Source: the human T2T-CHM13v2.0 reference genome, Homo sapiens. From it: a stretch of DNA of 64,000 nt. The position numbers and the translations under genes are program-made. The notes beneath the pieces were generated by a model that was given only the letters and a program-made list of their open reading frames with translations, did no database searches and was not told where the DNA came from. Each line of letters begins with the position of its first letter. Within the stretch, counting starts at the first letter, position 1. The stretch lies in NCBI RefSeq assembly GCF_009914755.1, contig NC_060944.1, one strand, 5' to 3'. Shown piece after piece: positions 58,281-64,000 of this stretch.

Positions 58281-60568
58281 GAACCTCATGTATTAGTCAA
58301 TACTGTATAAATGCTATTAGTGTTATTCACTGATATACACACGTAAGATTCTACCAGATTCTCAGGGGGAGAAAGATGCATGTTTTCAACGCAAACTAGA
58401 AAAGTGAGAGAGAGGTGGGTTAAAGGATGACCCAGATAGAGCCTCTGATGGGGAGGTGTGAGGGGCCTCCGATTTCTTTTACGTTTAGACACCCAGGAAA
58501 CCAAAGAAGGCCTGAAGCCCACTCTCCTGGGAAAGGTGCAGCTGGGGGAGACCCTCTGCCTCTGGAAGTGGGGGTGGGCCGCATTTGACTATTAGAAACC
58601 AGGTTAGCATGGCGAGGGTTTTAACTCCTGGGGAAACGGATGATGTTCCCTCAGTAAGGTTCCTCCAGCCCCTTCGTCATTTTACTGGTGGTGACAGGAA
58701 GTCCACTAATTACTTTCCATTTTATTTTCCTCCAAAAGCTACTTGAGTTGCAAAGACACTTGCAAATTAAGAGTGGCCCAACCTTCGTAAAAAATGTACC
58801 CCCTTGCCAGTGTCGCAGACCAAAGGTACTAGGATAAAACGTCAGTTGGAAGACGGTTTTTTCTCCGAAGTGGTGGCTGGGGTTGAGGCACACTACTGGG
58901 CCGGCAGAGTTTGCGTCCTGCTCCCACAGAAGTCACCTCAGTACTCCAGGACGCACGACACCCTCCCCATGCCCGAAACACTGGGTGCGGCTCCAGAAGG
59001 CGCCTCGCAGCGCTGGCTGCAGGAATCCAAAGTAGCTCAGTGCACAGACTTTCAACTCCAGCCTGGGGTTACTCAGCAATTCTCTTCTATAAACACCTCC
59101 CCCAAAAGACTCAGCATCCCCAGTACCTCCCCAACTTCCCCGAGGCGCAGAGATCAGCAAGAGCCCCGCCCCTCGACCCAGGGGACGGGATCCTGTAAGT
59201 CTCACCTGCCTATCTCCATCCCAGGCCTCGGGCACGAGGGTGGTTGTACTATCCTGGTTATGGTAGCTCCACTCGAGCAAGCTTTATTTTAACATATAAG
59301 CTATTCGTTTAGTGGAGGCTTCATTAAACTACTCCCCTCCACCACCACCTCGGGAAGTTGTGGTCAAAACCCACCAGACCGACTGTGGTGGAAGTTGATG
59401 CGGAAGCTGGAGAGCCCGCGGCTCTGGAGGGGTGAGCCGCCCCGGAGAGGGGACCCATCCTCCTTTCCGCGCCCGGAAAGAGCGGGGGAGAAGAGGAAGT
59501 CCAGTTACAACTCCTTTCCTCAGCCCCTTAAAGGAAAGGTATCAGCTAACCACGGGGAGCTGGCAGCCTAAGAGAAAGTAGGAACCTACAATCTCTTAAT
59601 CTAAGCACAAGATAAGCAAAAAGGGAAGCGCCTTAGAAATGCAGATTCCCCAACCCCACCCCTGAGATTCCAGTGGAGGCGGGGGATGGGGGGATCCCTA
59701 ACTTGCAGGAAGAATTTGGCGAGCGAGAAAAGGTCCCCTCCCGCAGGCTCTTCTGAAGCGGAGGATCCCGGGACGAGAAATGCTGCCCGGGGGGCTTAAG
59801 GTAGCCGACGATCTCCTTGCTACATCCTGTGTCCACGTGGCAGCCGAGGAGGGGGTGTGGGGGCCGCCTGTTAAGTGCGACAGCATCACTGCTCTATCCC
59901 CACCACGGCTCCCACTTCGCTCAGATAAAATGCAGAGCTCTTACCAAGGCTCACGGCCGTCCCCCGCCCCCCACCGTCTGCCCCCATCACCTCTCGGGCC
60001 TCCGGTGACCTCTCGGGCTACAGCAGCGCTGACGCCCTGGGTCCCTGCGCTTCTGTTCCCTCGGCCTGGAATGCTCTTCCCCCGGGTACCTGCACAGCTC
60101 GCTCCCTCCCATCCTTCGGGTCTTCGCTCGAACGTCCGCTCCTCGGTGAGGCCTTCCCTGGACAACGCATTTGAAACGTAACCCCAAGGCAAGAAGCCAC
60201 CTTCCAGGCGCGCAGCCGAAGCCCAGTGCCAAGGAGGCCGGAGACTCGGGTGCCCGCGCATCCCGAAAACAGCCTCTGAGGGGTCCTCTGAGCATCCTTC
60301 CAGCGTGTTTGGGAGGCAAACTCGTTGACTAGCTCTTGAGAGGAGTGGCTAGAGGAATCCAGGCGGGGAAGGGGACGGTGGACTCCAGGAGAGTGTAATT
60401 TACAAAGGCGGGGGGCGGGGACGCCCAGGTCCGAGTCCCAGGACTCTGCGCCGGACGCTTCGCCCGCCCTTTCAGGTCCCCTGCCCGGTCCTCGTACCCG
60501 CGCGGGTCCGGAGAACCTCTGAGCACCGGCCCCCAGCCCCCGGGCGGGGCTCCAGCGGCGCTACTCAC

Positions 60569-60674
60569 CCGGCTCCCCCGCCACCTGCGGGGCCACCTCC
60601 GCACACTCCCGGCGCGCAGGCCGCGGCTCCTCGGAGTTGAGGTGCTGGGGCTTGGCCTGCTTGCGCCGCGACAT
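60569..60674 (-). CDS. ZFP64: First coding exon of the internal-promoter ZFP64 (ZNF338-type) transcript; encodes MSRRKQAKPQHLNSEEPRPARRECAEVAPQVAGEP (SALL-type NuRD-interaction motif)
   Basis: Minus strand reads cgcgccATGTCGCGGCGCAAGCAGGCCAAGCCCCAGCAC...GAGCCGG|gtgagt. Good Kozak context, canonical donor, 106 nt (phase 1) in frame with exon 54022-53873; lies in a CpG island. Confidence 0.88.
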
Positions 60675-60830
60675 GGCGCGAGGACCGGGCTCCCCGCGCG
60701 TCCCTAGGAGTGGCCTACTTCACACAACGAATTCCCGGAGTTCGGAAATTACCCCCCTTCGGCCGGAACGCGCATGTCCCGGCAATTCTGCTCATCAGCC
60801 GAGCAGGGCGATTTATCAAGAGTCCTGACG

Positions 60831-60840
60831 GCTGATTGGC
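60831..60840 (-). promoter_or_regulatory. CCAAT box (GCCAATCAGC, NF-Y consensus)
   Basis: gctgattggc on plus; followed on minus by TATA-like GATAAAT (60817-60811). Confidence 0.6.
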
Positions 60841-60898
60841 CTGGAGCCAAGACCCCAGGAGTCCCGCGGACTTGCGGTCCGCTCCCGGGCAGCCCGCG

Positions 60899-61200
60899 CC
60901 ACCTGGGAGCTCGTTAGAAATGCAGACTCTCGGGCTCTACCCCAGACCCGCTGAATCAGAATCTGCATTTTAACAAGATCCCCAGGTGATTCGCATGCAC
61001 ATTAAAGTTTGAGAAACCGTGTCTGCATTTTAACGAGATCCCCAGGTGATTCGTTTGCCCATTAAAATTTCAGAAGCGCAGCTCTCCTCCAACTTTAATG
61101 TGCGCACGAGTCACTGGGGATCTCGTTAAAATGCAGATTCTGACTCAGTGGGTCTGGGGTGGGGCCTGAGCTCCTGTATTTCTAACGAGCTCCCAGGTGG
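60899..61200. mobile_element. Inverted pair of MER5B-like elements plus a partial third copy
   Basis: 60899-61009 is nearly the reverse complement of 61091-61200; 61022-61077 is a partial direct copy. Confidence 0.8.
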
Positions 61201-62211
61201 CGCTGTGGCTGCTGCGCTGCACAGGCTGCGCTTTTAGATTCGGACTTAATTGGTCTGGGCTGGGACCTGGGCACTGGGATGTTTTTTTAAAAAAGCCGTC
61301 TCCCTCCCTCACCACCCCCATCACACACACAGGTCATTCTGATGTGCATCCAAGCTGAGAAGCACGACCTCCACTCCTGGTTCTCAACCCTGCTGCATAC
61401 CCAAATTTAAATTTTAAATGAGGAGTGTCTCCAACTGCAGGGAGAAATGCAGATTCCGAAAGTTCTGGATTCAGGTGGCCGAGGCCAGAAATGTGTGTTT
61501 TTATATAGCACGCGCCCGCTCCCGCCCCGTGACTCGGGCGCACCGGCTCTTGGACCACACAGGAGTGCTTTTGGGGCCAACCCGGCGCCGGCCCCGCCCA
61601 GCAGGTGACGGAGGCGTGGTCCTCGGGGGGTTGAGCTAATTAGCGTTCATGCTCAGACTGGCTGGGACCTCGATGAGACCCGAGGGAGACCCCTCCTTGC
61701 GCCGCGTAATTGACATCCAATGGGAAGCAAGAAAGCCACCTACATCCCCCAGGTGTTTACTTTCTTCAAATTAGGGAGTTACTTAAGACTGGGTTGTGCC
61801 CCAAGCTTGCCCGAACCTGAGAATCACGTGGGGGCCCTTGTTTCAAAAAGACCCAGCCAGGCTCATCTCCGAGTTTTTGGGGCGGGGCCTGAGAATCTGT
61901 ATTTTTAACAGCGCCGCGTATGAGTTTTACGGGGTGGTCCTGTGGGGTTAGCAGCATCTGTAACGAGCCTTCTGTGAGGTTACCGTTGGCGAACCCCACG
62001 GCGGGGCCTGCGAGAACGGCATTTTTGCTTAATTGTTTCCATTTCTCAAAAGCTGACCTGTTTTCCTCAAACTTCCCCTTGATTTTCAGGTTGTGAATCG
62101 ACTTGGGAATATTTGTGTAATGCCCGGTGAAGTCATGTCAGGTTAAATTTCCGAGACTTAAACTTTTTAAAAAACACAACGCTTCAAGTCTTCTTTGGGA
62201 TGTATGTGTAG

Positions 62212-62538
<327 letters not shown>

Positions 62539-62959
62539 ATATATGTATATATACACACACGTTTATCATATCTCCTTTTGAGGAGACTGGATAAACAGTG
62601 GTTGCCTCTGGGGAAGTTGAAAGAGGGGTGCATGGGGGGATGGGAGACATCTGAGACCCTCTTATACTGCTTGAGGTGTGTACATGTGTTTGCATTTGCT
62701 TTGTTGTTATTTCACCTCAGGTGTACACAATCAATTATTGGTACATGAGGCATTATTACTGGCCTATTGTTAGCCTACACTTGCCTACATTTTTTAGGCT
62801 GCTTGCTTGCACCTCTGTTTATTATGATATAATAAGTACTAGGGAACCTACTGCCCCAAAGTAGGACCTTAACCACAACCTACATCTCTCTTTATATGGC
62901 CTCCTGATGTCCCCTCCCCTCCTCTGCCCTACAACTTAAGAATCAACAGCCTGACTCCT

Positions 62960-63790
62960 ACAGATCTCATTCATTTGCTTTGTCTCTTTAGCAAGTTTTA
63001 TTGTACCTACATGTATTCCTTAAAAAAACAATTTTAATATTTAAAGAATATAAAAAGGGTATGTAATCTTCCAAGAATAACTTTTTTTCACTTAATATTA
63101 TTTTGCTAAGATCATCCAAATTGCTGTCATTGTTTATTGATTTCGACTGCTCTGTAAATATTCCACTGTGTGAAAATGCCAGTTTCTTCACCTACTCTCC
63201 TGTTGATGGGCAATTGGGCCTTTGCCAGGTCTCTGCCATTGTGAACAGTGCTGCTATGATCTTTCTAAAAAGTGTCAGAGTTTCTCGTGAGTGAGTGTGT
63301 ACCTGGGGGTGGTATAAGAGATAATGCCAAAGTGATTGTATTAACTTACACTTCCCTAGCAAGGTATAAGAAATAACGTAGGTCAGTCTCAGTGGCTCAT
63401 GCCTGTAGTTCTGGCACTTTGGGAAGCTGAGGTTGGTGGATCACTTGAGCTCAGGAGTTTGAGACCAGCCTGGGCGACATGGCAAAACTCTGTTTCTACA
63501 AAAAATATACAAAAATTAGCTGGGCGGATGACACACACCTATGCTCCCAGCTACTCTGGAAACTGAGGCAGGAGGAAGCTGACCCTTGGAAGCTGAGGCA
63601 GTGAGTCATGGTTGCGCCACTGCACTCCAGCCTGGGCAACAGAGTAAGAACCTGTCTTGAAAACAAACAAACAAAACCCAAAATGTGAAGCCCATTCTTT
63701 CTCACACTCAGGATTATAAAATGTCTTGATTTTTGCCAACTATATTGATATAAAATGGGATCTCGGTATAGTCTTTTCTTGCATTTTCCA
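62960..63790 (-). mobile_element. Old L1ME-type fragment interrupted by an Alu (63381-63676 +)
   Basis: tattccactgtgtg...tctcctgttgatgggcaattggg...gtgaacagtgctgctatga. Confidence 0.65.
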
Positions 63791-63944
63791 TGTAGGTATA
63801 ATAGTAGCCAAAAACAAAGTGAAAATGATAAATGTGTTCCACAAATATAATGACAACTGATTAGTCTTATTTTTGAAAAAAATTGTTTTTACTCTTTTGC
63901 AAAACATCCAATCAGAGTTCTAGTCCTAAATTAAGTTTATTACC

Positions 63945-64000
63945 TTTTTTTTTTTTTCTTTTGAGACGAAGTTTCACTCTTGTTGCCCAGGCTGGAGTGC
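63945..64000 (-). mobile_element. Alu (partial, window edge)
   Basis: T-run plus gagacgaagtttcactcttgttgcccaggctgg. Confidence 0.9.

Larger units (their letters stand above)
59700..61720. promoter_or_regulatory. CpG island / internal promoter
   Basis: High GC and dense CpG (core 60200-60900), GC boxes at about 60408-60420 and 60542-60550; surrounds the first exon. Confidence 0.85.

Noticed and set aside
58804-59292. 162-aa ORF beside the CpG island (also 59780..60181 and 50891..51397)
   Set aside because: Non-ATG starts or low-complexity composition, no domain, no splice logic; expected by chance in GC-rich DNA.

Overview
Alu-dense primate genomic DNA, very probably human chr20q13.2 at the 3' end of the ZFP64 locus. 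The identification rests on recognising the translated C2H2 zinc-finger exons from memory, not on a database search. One minus-strand coding unit can be assembled from the sequence alone. It has five GT-AG exons, all joined in phase 1: 60674-60569, 54022-53873, 52871-52809, 44081-43830 and 40703-39994. Together they give 1281 nt, i.e. 426 aa plus stop, with a CpG-island/CCAAT promoter at about 60.3-61.7 kb and an AATAAA at 39471-39466. The first exon is missed by the ORF track and encodes MSRRKQAKPQHLNSEE..., the SALL/FOG/BCL11-type NuRD-recruiting motif, nearly identical to the SALL4 N-terminus. The other exons look like duplicates of ZFP64 exons, and the 3' UTR appears to hold a frameshifted remnant of the canonical ZFP64 C-terminal tail. 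The unit therefore looks like a SALL4-exon-1/ZFP64-zinc-finger chimera made by tandem duplication, possibly converting an activator into a repressor. I recall it being annotated only as ZFP64 isoform(s) (old alias ZNF338). The rest of the window is about 70 Alus, old L1, MIR, LTR and DNA-transposon fragments, and two repeat-free enhancer-like blocks (about 3.0-4.3 kb and 23.4-24.1 kb). Repeat coordinates and subfamily calls are approximate and made by eye.
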